64,000 nucleotides of DNA from Antechinus flavipes (Eukaryota): positions 40,672,001 to 40,736,000 of the forward strand of contig NC_067401.1 of the NCBI RefSeq assembly GCF_016432865.1, given 5' to 3'. The position numbers were made by a program, and so were the translations under genes. The notes under the pieces were generated by a model. That model saw only the letters and a program-made list of their open reading frames with translations. It ran no database searches and had not been told where the DNA came from. Numbering within the stretch: the first letter of the stretch is position 1; every line of letters begins with the position of its first letter. Shown piece by piece: positions 52,080 to 64,000 of this stretch.

Positions 52080-52923
52080 TGTCAGAATGTTTACAAACTG
52101 CTAACTCATTAAAGTTGATAGATTATTGATCTGATCTTACAAGATGATGTTTTGGGCCAGAACCTGAAACAAGGTACTAAGTAGCACTAAATGATACAAT
52201 GCTTGTGTTCACACCTTTACTCATTGGAGTTCACAAGTATGGGAGATTCACAAAGTAAACTTTGTAACTTTGTGAATTCACACCTCCTTTGAAGCTCTTA
52301 GGGCCAGAGAGCACTATGGGAGAAACCCATAATCCCTCTCTCACACATCCCACAATTCCTCTCTCTTGAATAAATAGAGCTTCAAAGGGGCCAGTCAAGA
52401 GAGTTCTCAGAGGAAGAAGCTACAAGTCGAGAGTTCAGTGGAAGACTGAGAAGGCTCTCTCAGAGGCACAACCAGATTAAACTTCATCTCACAACACTGT
52501 GGTTGCTGGGCTCCTGCACTTCCCCCACTGAGACCAACTGGTCTGAAAGACTCGCCAGAAAGCTAGCTGAGCCCCAAGTGAAGGAGACAAGAGATTCATT
52601 CCGTCTTTGTGCTGGCTGGAGGCTGAAGAAAGCAGAGGCAGAGGCTGAAGGACAAAACCTTTGGATTTGGAGACATTCAGAGGGAGCTCTTGGAACCAAG
52701 CAGAGAGATAGGCCTCTAAGAATCTAGCTATCCGGGCCCAAGGAAAGAGACAAGACTTGGAAGGAGAAATAAACATTTGTATTTTTACCAGCTGGCTGCA
52801 TTTGGGGTAATTATTGATCTGAACTGATACTAAGGCTTCCTCCAGAAAACCTCCCCGAGAAATCTGCTGTCCCCCAGAGTGAACCTTCTCATTATATTTT
52901 AAAGAAGAAAAAGAATCATCACA
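52080..52923 (+). mobile_element. Solo LTR, family A (long form)
   Basis: tgtcagaatgtttacaaactgctaactc ... aagaatcatcaca, reverse-complement similar to 43793-44367. AATAAA near 52769. Confidence 0.75.
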
Positions 52924-53240
52924 GTATAGAAGGATAGATTTCCTAACAATAAGAGCTGTCCAAAAATGACAGGCTATTTGTGAATTGGGATGATGCAATA
53001 GAAAGTTCACCTGCAATTATGTGCCATAATTTGTCTTTCTGATAGTAAAGCACTTAGTGAATTTTTTTTATTTTAAAAATGAAAAAAACAAGCAAATGAC
53101 AACTTGAAGGAAAAATGAATATCTAAAAAAATTACAATACCCATATCAATGAAGGAATAAATAGACTAAGAAACTCTATCAGAAAAAGAAGTGGAACAAG
53201 CCATAAATTCGTAATTGAAAAAAAAAAAAAATTCCAGGAC

Positions 53241-53834
53241 TGCGGTGTTCTTGTTCTTCTTTAAAATAATATAATGGTTCTCTCTGGGAGAAAGTGCAGG
53301 TTTCTCAGGGAGGTTTTCTGGAGGCAGCCTTAGTATCAGTTCAGATGAATAATTACCCCAAATTCAGCCAGCTGGTAAAAATACAAATGTTTATTTCTCC
53401 TTCCAAGTCTTGTCTCTTTCCTTGGGCCTGGATAGCTAGATTCTTAGAGGCCTGTCTCTCTGCTTGGTTCCAAGAGCTCTTGCCTCTTTGTCCTTTGCTT
53501 CTGCCTCTGCTTTCTTCCTGTTCCAAGTTGAATCTGGTTGTGCCTCTGAGAGAGCCTTTCTCAATCTTCAGCTCAGCTCTGACTCATGGCTTCTTCTGAC
53601 TTGATGCTCTTCTCTTCATGTAATTTGGCTGAATTCTGCCTGAGAGGCTCTGTCTGTATCTTATATATATGAGAGAGGAATTGTGGGATACGAGAGAGAG
53701 AGAGAGATAAATTATGGGTTTCTTCCCAGAGTGCTCTCTGGCCCTAAGAGCTTCAAGGGAGGTATGAATTCACAAAGTTACAAAGTTTACTTTGTGAATC
53801 TCTCATACTTGTGAACTCCAATGAGTAAAGGTGC
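53241..53834 (-). mobile_element. Truncated family A LTR next to an L1 ORF2 fragment
   Basis: Inverted relative to the 52080 copy. Similarity stops abruptly at about 53834. Confidence 0.7.
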
Positions 53835-53982
53835 AAGTGCTTTACTATCAGAAAGACCTGAAGAAACAACCATCTCTGTTCTCAAGAAGTTCATATTCTA
53901 ATAAACGAGACAACACTTATAGGAAGTTTCAGCTGAAGGTCAAAGAGTAAGGTACCATTGTTCTTAGGATACAGCAGCTAAG

Positions 53983-54942
53983 TGTTATGCCACAGTTCTC
54001 TTTAACTGTCCTGACTCAGTTTCCCTGTACTATTTTCCCTTGTCTCAATTTCCTTAACTGTTCTGTCTCAATCCCCTAAGTTGTAAACCCGGCTCTGGGC
54101 CATTAAGACTGAGGACCATTTGCTCTAAGGTTATAAATTAGCAAGACAAACAAGAGAATAGACCTCCTAATTCTTTTCTGTCCTCAAGAATTTACAATAT
54201 TCTTCTAAAATATTCCAAGATACCTCACTGATATCTTTATTTCTGTGTATTCAGACATCTTGTCTCTGGGTTTTTAGGATTTATGGCCTCCCCTATTGTA
54301 ATGGGCTGAGGCTTGACTTGATGCACTGAGGTCCCAAGCACATGAGGCTAAATAGTAATTGGACCATAATCTATTAATATATAAGCTTGGAGAAAGAATG
54401 GCCCCGCCCACTCTTTGTGCAAGCCCTGATGTGTTGTATAGGAAATGACGATTTTGGTGGGTGGAAGCAGGGGAGTGGAAAAGGAAGGGGAAGGAGAGAC
54501 TTTTGGCATTGTTATTGCCACGGTTTGTGTAGCTCAGGTAGCTCTCTGTTAGCTGGCTTCCTGTCGCAGCTGCCCATATTGCTATAGCAATCTTTCTTGC
54601 CCATATTGCTATTACAATCTTTATTCACCTCTTCACTTCAATAAATATTGAAGATTTTCCCCTTAACCTGAATTCCTGACTCCGGCTGATTTTAAATACG
54701 CAATCATTACACCCTATCCTGACAGAAGTTTTCACTCGCTTCTTACCCCTTCCTTTTTTGTTTAGAAAAAAGGTATTTAAGAAGTTGGGGTTCCCCTATT
54801 CATTGCTGGAGGCTGGTGGCTATATGCTGGATTCTGTCCTCTGGATTCTTTGAGATGACAGTCTCCCCCAGCCCTGGGACCAACATGGATTCCATGGTCC
54901 CAGTTCTAATCTCTCTCCTGCCTCAGTTTCTCTGGCATTACA
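53983..54942 (+). mobile_element. Solo LTR, family B-related, 4-bp TSD TAAG, hosting a nested LTR
   Basis: taag|tgttatgccacagttc ... ctcagtttctctggcattaca|taag. Confidence 0.8.
54297..54711 (+). mobile_element. Nested solo LTR with perfect 6-bp TSD (class II/beta-like by TSD length)
   Basis: ccctat|TGTAATGGGC ... CAATCATTACA|ccctat, with a TATA-like atatataag near 54377 and AATAAA near 54640. Confidence 0.85.
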
Positions 54943-56999
54943 TAAGAAGATGGTAATGATGCAGTTTTTTTAATGGTAAAGTCATATCCATTTTTTCTTT
55001 TTATTGCTATGCTTTGTTTTTGTATTTCTAAAGATACACAGATTGCTTCCATTCTATGAGAAGTTTCTTGCAACAAAATAAAACAATTGAACAAAGTTAG
55101 TAATATAATGCATGACCTTATCTGAAAGTACTTGCAACATTTCATATTTGGAGCATCTCCCCCATCTCCTAATTAATAACAATTAAGAGAAATTTTCTTT
55201 CCTTCCTACCCGAATGACGGGAAAAGGAAAAGAAGAATAAGTTATAACAAATATTCAGTCAAGCAAAACAAATATCCTCATTAACAGAATACAAGAAAAT
55301 AATGTCTCATTCCACACTCTTTATCCTTAGGCATTTCATTATTATGGTTATTCATTGAATCATTAGTAGCCATTGTAATTAGTTATTTGTTTTTAATAAT
55401 AAAACTATGTATGTTTTTATAGTGCCAAGCACTAGACAGAGCATTTATAAGTGTTATATCTATCTCATTTGATCCTCACATTTTATAGATGAGGAAACTG
55501 AGGAAGAGTTTAGGTAACTTGTCCAAGGTCACATAGTGTCTGAAGTTGGATTTTAACTTAGTAGTTCTTGACATCAAGGCCAACACTCAAATACACCAGG
55601 TGGACCTTTGTGGGCAGGATTAGAATCAGAAGATGGGTCTTCTGATTCTACATCCAGCTTCTTTTTCATTCCATGACACTGCATTTCTTTTTACTTTATA
55701 TGATTTTCCTGCTTTTGCTCATTTTACCTTGGTCAGTTCACTTCCCTGTTTTTCTCTGAATTCTTCCTATTTCTTCCAATAAAATTATACTGTATTCCTA
55801 TATCTCAATTCATTCATATTCTTATCTTAAAGAGAGAATTCACAAGATACATCTATGAAGCTTATAATTTGTTAGGCTTTGGACTCTTTCATTTCTTAAT
55901 CCTGAACCATTGTCTTTAGTCATTTTCTACCATCCACCTGTGTCCATCTTCTCGAGGAAATCTCTGAATACAAGAATACTGACCCTCCCTAGTGATCTAT
56001 CTGTTACCCACCTCCTCCATATTGCAAAGTGGAATAACCACATAATCCAGGAAAGGATGGATTTGGGTGTTTTGAGGCTTTAGATGACTCAAAGATACAA
56101 CTACTCCAGCCTGTGAACTATCCTTCCACTTAACTTTGCTCTCTTTGTGTCATTTGACTCCACTTACAGTGAGACTGTCTGGAAACAAGAGAGGACTCGT
56201 ATAACTTGCTGGACAACTGAACTGACTTTATAGTAAGAATATTTACTCAATGCCAAATGAAATTTTGTTGATGATCTACAACTGATTCACAGACCTCTAG
56301 CATATGAGGTTAGCTAGTCCAATCTCCTTGTAAAATGAGGAAAAAGAGGGCCCTCCAAGGGGTTTTGTGGCTGCTTCAAGGTCACACAGCTAATGTCAGA
56401 AGCAGGATTTAAACTCCATACCTTTGACTAGAGAGCCAACATTCTATTGTCCTATGTTGATTCTTAGCACACTTGTTCCCTTAATATAGAAGTAGAAAAA
56501 AGTCATAAAATTAATTACTGATCTGCTAACTGCTAATTTTAGTTTTGGCTTGGTTGGGCCTTGGACAGTGTTTATAATTGTTAATAAGGCTTCTATTTCT
56601 ATAAATCCAGCAGGGTGTAGTCACTAGAGAGGTACCCTAAAAACTCCAAAAATTTGGATTCAAATCCCACCTCTGATACATACTGATGGTATAACCCTGG
56701 GCAAGTCATTTAACACAGATACTCCCTGAGCTCTCTAACATTTTAGTTAAACTGCATTGATAGGAATTTCCTCATCTGAGAGTTCTAGGAATATGTTAAT
56801 AAATGTTTAACAAGAAGCTTTCTAGAAAAAATAACGATGCATGGTATTCAGGTTAACCTGCATTATTAATGTTTGTGCACAGTTTTAAGTCAATTAAACC
56901 AATACTGTGAACTCTGATTTTTAGCTTTTGCTAATTTTTGAAATATAGATGCTTATATTGAAAATTTAATAACTGCTACTACCAATTTCCTGTCTTGAT

Positions 57000-58200
57000 G
57001 AAATCACAGATCCTGGTTCTAACCCTATACTCCTAGGCTTTCTGGTTCAGTAGAACCTGATTGAATTTGAACTTTGCTGCATTTTAAAATGTTATTTTTA
57101 TTGTAGAAATTATTCAGCTTCAACTCATCCGTTTTTAAAAGCCTTCAGAATTGTTCATTTTTATAATATTAGTTGTAAATTGTTCTGATTCTGTTTACTC
57201 TTCATCAGTTCATAAAATCATGTCTTTTTGAAATTATTACTTCATTTCTCATTTCCCAATAGCATTTCATCAATTGGTATAACATAACTTAATTAGCTTT
57301 TCCTCAATTGATGGTCATGCACTTAGTTCTCAGGCTTTTCACCACTACACAAAGATATATTAATATTTTTTGATGTATGAAGAACCTGTATTTCTTTCCA
57401 TGATCTCTGTGGTATAGGCTTAGCCGTGGCATATCTCTATCAAAAGGGCAAATCCTATTTAATAAATTTCTGTGTATAATTCCAAATTGTACTCTTTGGA
57501 ATGGAAAAAGATTGTACTCTTTCATGGGTCTATTTTTTCATAGTTCCTCCAACATTAATCATTTCCCTTTTTATCTTTTCAACTCGGGAGAGAGTGAGGC
57601 AGAATCTGAGAATTATTTTAATTTACATTTCTCTAGTAATTTGGAGCATATTTTCATATAGATAGTCTGAGTTTCTTCCTTTGAGAACAGCCTTTCAAAT
57701 TCTTCATTATTTAACTGGAAAATAGTATTCTTAAAAGTTTTAATCATTTCTTCATATATCTTGGAAATGAGATTTCAGAGAAATTTGCAAAGATTTTACA
57801 TTTGTTTCTTTAATCTTAGCTTGATTTAATTTGTGTAAACACCTTTAATTTTGTTGTACTCAATTGTCCATATTTTGTTTTTTTGTGATCTATTTTATCT
57901 CATGTTGAGTCATGAACTTTTCTTCTATTCATAGATCTGACAGGCAATTTTTTCCCATGTTTTCCTAATCCATTTATGATATGACCTCTTTTATCTAGGT
58001 CGAAGAAACATTTGAAGCGTCTAAGTATGAACAATGAGGTTTTAAATATTTTTTTTCCATATTCCTTTCCAACTTTCCCACTTGTTTTGGTCAAATAATG
58101 AGTCCTTATCTCAATAGCTGGAATCTTTGTATTTTCCAATACTGGGAAACTAGATGCCTTTTTTCCTGTGCATTGTGAATCCAATGTGTTCTATGAATTG
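57000..58200 (-). mobile_element. Degenerate LINE-1 ORF2/3' region
   Basis: Reverse-strand L1 motifs similar to 22060-23210 and 43000-43370. Confidence 0.6.
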
Positions 58201-58226
58201 ATTCTGTTATTTTTAACCAGTTCTAT

Positions 58227-58804
58227 TGTTATGGGCCAGAACTCTGAACTTGAAACAAAAGATTCTTACAAAGTACTAAGTCAGTGGAATTGATAGAGAC
58301 AATAGTTATCTAATTTATCATGGTTCAGTATGATTGATTTAATCCTACAGGGAAATGTTATGGGCCAGAACTTGAAACAAGGTACTAAGTAGAAGTGAGG
58401 GAGACAATGGTTAAATTTAGTTTAGCATTGATTTAATCCAACAACAAACAATGGTTTCCTAGTAATATGATGATTTGTTTGTACTCAATGTGGAGCATAT
58501 AAACTAGAAGCCTCAGCCAGGGAGATTCAGAGATTCAGAGACAAGGGAACAGAAGGCTAGAAGCTGAAGACTGGAGCTGAAACCAAGCTTCTGAAAGGCC
58601 TCCAGAAAACTAGTCGAAGCCCAAGTGAAGGAGAAAGGACTTTGTAGGAGACCATAAAGGATTTGGACTTTAACACCTGGCTGCACTTGTGGTGAACTGT
58701 GCACTTGTGGGTGCACTTGTGATTACTGAACTGAAACAAAGGCTGCTACCAGAAACCCCAAGAAAATCTCAACAGAAAACATTAATTTTAGAGAGAACAT
58801 TACA
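58227..58804 (+). mobile_element. LTR-like element (family C) with an internally duplicated start
   Basis: tgttatgggccagaact occurs at 58227 and again at about 58357. Ends gagagaacattaca. Shares the motif gaaacaaggtactaagt with family A. Confidence 0.6.
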
Positions 58805-60299
58805 ATTTATATTGCTTCCATAATTACTGCTGATGAGGTCAGGAAGCAATTCCTAGATTGAAATAAACATGTGACAAATTCACAATGGCCATTCTCTTCA
58901 CCAAAAGGTAGGTTTATTTAGGAGATGAGGTCCCAGAGGTAAAATAGGCACCAGGAGAGCAACTATGAAATAGATAGGAGAGAACAATAGAGTTACTGAG
59001 GAAAGGACCAAGAAAAGGAATTTGGAAGTTTGGAAGAATCCAGCAATATATGCCATAAGGTGGGAGTCTATAATTGACTGTCCGGTTAGATTCATAGAGG
59101 AGTTTAGCAGATTAGCCAGAGTTTATCTAGAGTAAGAAGTAAAAATGCCATTAAAGGTTTACCTAGTACTTTAGTAAAGGAAAGGGGAAAGAGTACCTCA
59201 GTGGGCATAATGGGCTCAGTCCTGAAAAGGACTTAGGCAAGCTCTTCATCATAGTCACATCTTTTATAGGAGAAATACAGCCTTGAGGGTTACTCAAGAC
59301 CAGGGACGAGTTTAGTAGCTCCAGAGGAAGGAGTCAGATGGAATAACTGGCAGATCAGTTCTCAGACCTACCTAAAAGATATGCTCATCAATATCTCAAA
59401 TTGTTTAAAGATGCCCAGAGGTTTGAGGTATCGACAGTAGAGGTTGATAAAGAATTCCATCCCCCATAATCATTTTATACAAATGAGAGTATGAGACTTG
59501 GTTATGCCTGATAATAGCTGGTTGGGCTTCTTCCTGACAAGAGAATAAGTGCACATCACCGCTATGTACTATTGTTTGAGAATTGGCATTTTGAATTTCC
59601 TTTCATTCCCATTTCTTTTCATTATTTCTCTTTAGGTTCAATATTTTTCCCCCTCCATAAAGATTTTCTCAGAATTTTCTTTTCATTTGCAAGTGTTTTA
59701 TCGTTCTGTAGATATCTTTAATGAAAATGTCCCTTTTCCATTGCATTCTGCAATTGTACTGGTAATATGGAGAAAGATTTGTGTGGGTCTTTTTATAACC
59801 TTGAAGCTGAATTTATTGGCTAAATTATTTTTAAGTACACCATTAGATAATCTGCAAAAGGTATTGATTTTGTTACCTATGGTTAGTTTCTCAGGTTCTT
59901 TTTCTTATAAGTAAAGCCAGAATTTCTAGTACGTGGTGACTGTTAAATAGAAATGTTGACAATAAACAGAAACCTTTTTTCATACCTGAATTTACTGAAA
60001 AAGATTCTACTTTATCTCATATATAATGATAGTTCTTAGTTTTATAATGTAATAAATTTTATTTGAATTTATATTTTTTAATATAATTTGATCTTTGTTT
60101 TAAATGAAGTTGGTTGTTTGTTTTATAAGTCTCCCCAAAAACAAAGCCCTTGTTTTATCAAAGAATTTGGTAAAGTTGATGGGAAAAGAAAATGATAAAT
60201 GTTTGAAGAGCTACAAAGAAAAACACTTTAATGTGTTGTCTATGAATAACTTTGTGAATTAGCCCAAGTATTGAGGAAAGCTATTTGAAAAGTGACTTT

Positions 60300-60850
60300 G
60301 AAAGACTATGACCCAGCAATGTCAATACAAGGCCTATTCCCCAAAGAGATGAAAGAATGAGGAGTAGGAACCATATTTCCTAAGATATTTATAGCAGCAG
60401 TTTTTATTTTTGTAAAGACCAGAAATGAAAGAGGTACATATCAGCTGAAGAACTACTAAACAAATTATGATACGATAAAAGTATGTAATATGTAATACTA
60501 AAATACTATTATGCCATATGTAGGAAATGAAACCTGGGAACACCTATATGAAGTGATGCAGAGTGAACAAAAACAGAAGAGTTTACATAACAACAATAAT
60601 GGAAGACAAATAGCTTTGAAAACTTAACGAACTACAATCAAAGCCAAACATGCTTCCAGAGGATGAGCGATGAAACATGTTCCCCAGCTCCTGATACAGT
60701 TGATGGGACTCAAGATGCAAAATGATACATAAGTTTTGGGCCATAACCAATGTAGGACGTGTTTGTTAAGGGTATTGTTCTCTTTTCTTTTAAAAGTGAT
60801 GATGGATATGGAAAGAACAGAAAAATGCATATTAATTAAAAAAATAGAAC
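60300..60850 (+). mobile_element. Old LINE-1 3' end
   Basis: ctatgacccagcaat...atatttatagcagcag...tgaagtgatgcagagtgaac corresponds to the ORF2 C-terminus. Confidence 0.6.
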
Positions 60851-63408
60851 AATTTTAAAAATAAATTTTGATTTAGCGATTTCCAGGAATTCTGAAGTCT
60901 TAAATTCTCTCCCCTTTACTCATATTTCAAGACAATTTCTCTTTTCTTCCCTCCCCCCATTCAAAAAGATGATTTTATATAAAATTGGGTTTTTTCATTC
61001 CATATAACGGTGTCTACCATCTATCATATCTAAATTCTCATTTCTTACATCAAAACATTCCATTCAATGAACATTATACAATTGATTCCCAAATTTTCTA
61101 AGAAATCTAAGAATAGTACTCCAATAATTCTTATTCTTTTGACCTCCCCTTTTAATCTCTCCACTAGGCTCAGGAAGTTGATTATACTTGTGACTATCCT
61201 TCCCAATATATCTACATATGTTTTTAGCCTTCCCCACTTCTCATTTGTATGTTGGCTTTGATGTATTTCTACACCAAATTCATGTGTGTTCAATCATCCT
61301 TTGTCCATTTCAGATAAGAATGTTCATAAATCCCTAATTCCCCACCCCATCCTCCATGTTTGATATTCTTGCACATACCCCAAGTATGAGAGCAATTTCT
61401 AACCCACCTCAGTCTTTCTACCTCCTATAACTAGACCAATAATTTTGTTGTAACCATAACTCTTTCCTCTTCAGACATTCACAGCAGAACTAATTCAATC
61501 CTGGGACCTCTGTTTTTCTTAAGAAGATATTAAAGTTTTGAAAGGACACCCCACCCCCCACCTTCTGTCTCTCCAAATATTAGCACTACATAACTTTTAT
61601 ACTCCCTTCAATATTGCTCAATTAAACTTCACCTTTCCTGGTTTTCCTTTATTCTTGTGGACCTCTTCATCAGAGTTGCTTGACAAATTAAGATCCATTT
61701 CTCCCCTTGCAGCATAGAATACTCAGTTTTGCGGAGTAAGTTTTTGTGTAAGAATTATCTCGTCTTGTGGAATAATGTATTTCAAGATCTCTCATTTTTA
61801 TTAGAAGCTGGCAACCCTGTAGGATGCTGACTGTAATTACTTAGTACTTGTACTGCTTATTTCTAGATGGTTTCAGCAGTTTTTTTTCCCCCTTGATGTT
61901 GATGCTTTAGATTTTGGCTTTGAAAGATTGCTGGGACTTTGTTTCGGGGTTCCTTTCAGGAAATAATAGGTTGATTCGTCTATATCTTCTGATTTTAATA
62001 AAGTTGGTCAAATTTCATTTATAATTTCTTGCAATATAGTGGATGGGTTTAGTTTTTCTTTTTTTTTATTATGACTTTGAGGGGATCAAATGACTCGAAA
62101 TACTTTCCCCTCGAACTCTTCACCAGGTCATTTCTTTTTTGACATAAGAGAGCTTAAATTCTCTTTTACTTTTTTGATCTTTTTATTTTGTTCTAGTCTT
62201 GCTGTCTCATAGGAATCATTGGTTTCTCTATATTTCACGGTATTATTCAAAGAATTTCAACTGGTTTTGCTTTATCATATTTTCTTCAAAGCTATTCTTC
62301 CAATCCTCTATCATTTCCTTCAGTCTTTATATTAAACTTGAGTAGTTGGAGATACCAGTGAATCTCTTGTTACCTTGTATTCTCACCATTGTAATACAGA
62401 GAATACTTTGTACTCTAATTTAACCTCAATTCTTAACTCCCCCCACCCCTATCTGGCTCCAAACGTTCCTCAACTGCTTTGAAACACTGAGGAAGGCATG
62501 AAAAAATTGCCAAATGGATTCACTACAAATTGAGGCAGTCTAGTCCCTACTAGACAAAAATGGTGCAGGCAATACTTTTTATTCTTCCTGACTGGTCTTC
62601 TATTACACGCTCTGTAGAAGTTATTCCAAACATTATCTGGCTTCAAACTTCCTCTTCTCTCTTTCAGCATAGATCATCTAATTTAAGAAAAGGAAAAAAG
62701 AGGTGCATGTTAGGTAGAGGAATTTCATCTTTCCCTCCCCTTTCTTCACTCAAACCACTATCCCATCACTCCAAAATCCTCCAAACACATTATTGTTTAC
62801 CTCCAAGTTCTACAAATCAATTCTAAAACTTGCTTTTCAACTATCTTTGGCAAACAAATTTTAAAAACTTTATGAAACACATTCGTAAACCATCGTGTTT
62901 GGAGTTCTACACTAAAAATGACAGTGTTAAAAATAGGAGTTTAAAGGGAAGGAAGAGTTGTTTATTCTAGAACTGGGAGAGTAGAGGGGCGGGGCACTGG
63001 GATTGCGAAATAGGTTTTTTCCATAACGGAAAAGGCAGAGTTGAATCTGCCCCGGGGAGGTTTCGTAACCCTAAGGGATTTGTTAAGGAGCATGCGCGCC
63101 GAGCCTGCCGGGGTTAGGGGTGGAGCGTGGGGCGTAAGCAAAGGGGAGCCAGAGTCGCCAGGCAAAGGTCCAGGGAAAAGTTTTAAAGGAGGGCAAGCGA
63201 AAGTGTTTTCGTTTTTGTCACTTTTCTCTTTTCCGTTTTAAAATGCTTGGGTGCCGCGACTTTCCGGGGGAGGGCTGGGCGTGTGGGTCTCGGGGAGAAG
63301 GCGACTGGGGAGGGTAAGCGTAGAAGGCGAGCGCGAGCGCGTGGGGACGAGTGCGTAAGTTTTAAAGGACTTTTTGGCGCGAGACAGCTCCTTTGAGAGA
63401 AGGTGGGT

Positions 63409-63424
63409 GGCTCTGAAAAGAGCC
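63409..63424 (-). terminator. Histone 3' stem-loop (right-arm H2B)
   Basis: Mirror of 40534-40549. Confidence 0.95.
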
Positions 63425-63474
63425 TTTGTTTCGGGGCGGGGGGGCGGCGCGAGCGACTCCGGNNNNNNNNNNNN

Positions 63475-63855
63475 NNNNNNNNNNNNNNNNNNNNNNNNNN
63501 NNNNNNNNNNNNNNNNNNNNNNNNNNNNNNNNNNNNNNNNNNNNNNNNNNNNNNNNNNNNNNNNNNNNNNNNNNNNNNNNNNNNNNNNNNNNNNNNNNNN
63601 NNNNNNNNNNNNNNNNNNNNNNNNNNNNNNNNNNNNNNNNNNNNNNNNNNNNNNNNNNNNNNNNNNNNNNNNNNNNNNNNNNNNNNNNNNNNNNNNNNNN
63701 NNNNNNNNNNNNNNNNNNNNNNNNNNNNNNNNNNNNNNNNNNNNNNNNNNNNNNNNNNNNNNNNNNNNNNNNNNNNNNNNNNNNNNNNGAGCCTTGGTCA
63801 CGGCTTTCTTGGAGCCCTTCTTGGGGGCAGGGGCGGACTTGGCCGGCTCGGGCAT
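63475..63855 (-). CDS. H2B: Histone H2B (inner gene of the right palindrome arm); mostly masked
   Basis: ATG at 63855-63853 and visible MPEPAKSAPAPKKGSKKAVTKA. N block 63463-63788. The end is inferred from canonical length. Confidence 0.85.
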
Positions 63856-64000
63856 ATCGAGAGGAAGAAAAGAGGCGAAAGGCAGAGAAGCAACGACTGC
63901 GAGAAACGAACAACGAAGACCGCCGAGCCGGCCCCCGCTACTTATAGTGCTCACATGCAAATGAAGGCTCGGGCAAGGCTAGGCTCCGATTGGCGGCTTC

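Larger units (their letters stand above)
63015..64000 (-). repeat. Right arm (visible start) of the large inverted repeat; continues beyond the window
   Basis: Reverse complement of 39958-40943. Identical mirrored ORFs in the ORF track (for example 39998..40720 and 63238..63960). Confidence 0.95.

Overview
Vertebrate genomic DNA, most likely an Australian marsupial (inferred from WSINE1-like and MAR1-like SINEs and marsupial-type L1 3' ends). It is syntenic with the mammalian HIST2 histone cluster next to BOLA1. Gene order: BOLA1 (-), H2B (-), H2A/H2AC21-type (+), H2A/H2AC20-position (-), H2B/H2BC21-position (+), a 16 kb gap that is mostly repeats, H1 (+), H3.2 (-), H2A type 2-A (-), H2B (+), a 22 kb LTR/LINE-rich spacer, then an identical inverted H2B (-) at the window end. 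All nine histone genes carry a 3' stem-loop. Most of each of the four H2B coding sequences is hidden by N blocks of about 326 nt, so those reading frames cannot be verified. The most notable observations are: (1) an intact stem-loop H1 gene in a cluster that in human has no H1, with no H4 where human has one; (2) a large inverted repeat with no mismatch seen in 660 unmasked bp and a sharp homogenisation boundary, matching the human HIST2 palindrome; (3) H2B coding sequences homogenised across genes whose flanks are unrelated; (4) an extra PEPGK-variant H2B; (5) a candidate spliced minus-strand transcript upstream of H1; (6) a spacer with many solo LTRs, one nested. No wholly new multi-gene system can be supported from sequence alone. 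Repeat family names come from motif recognition only, without a library search.
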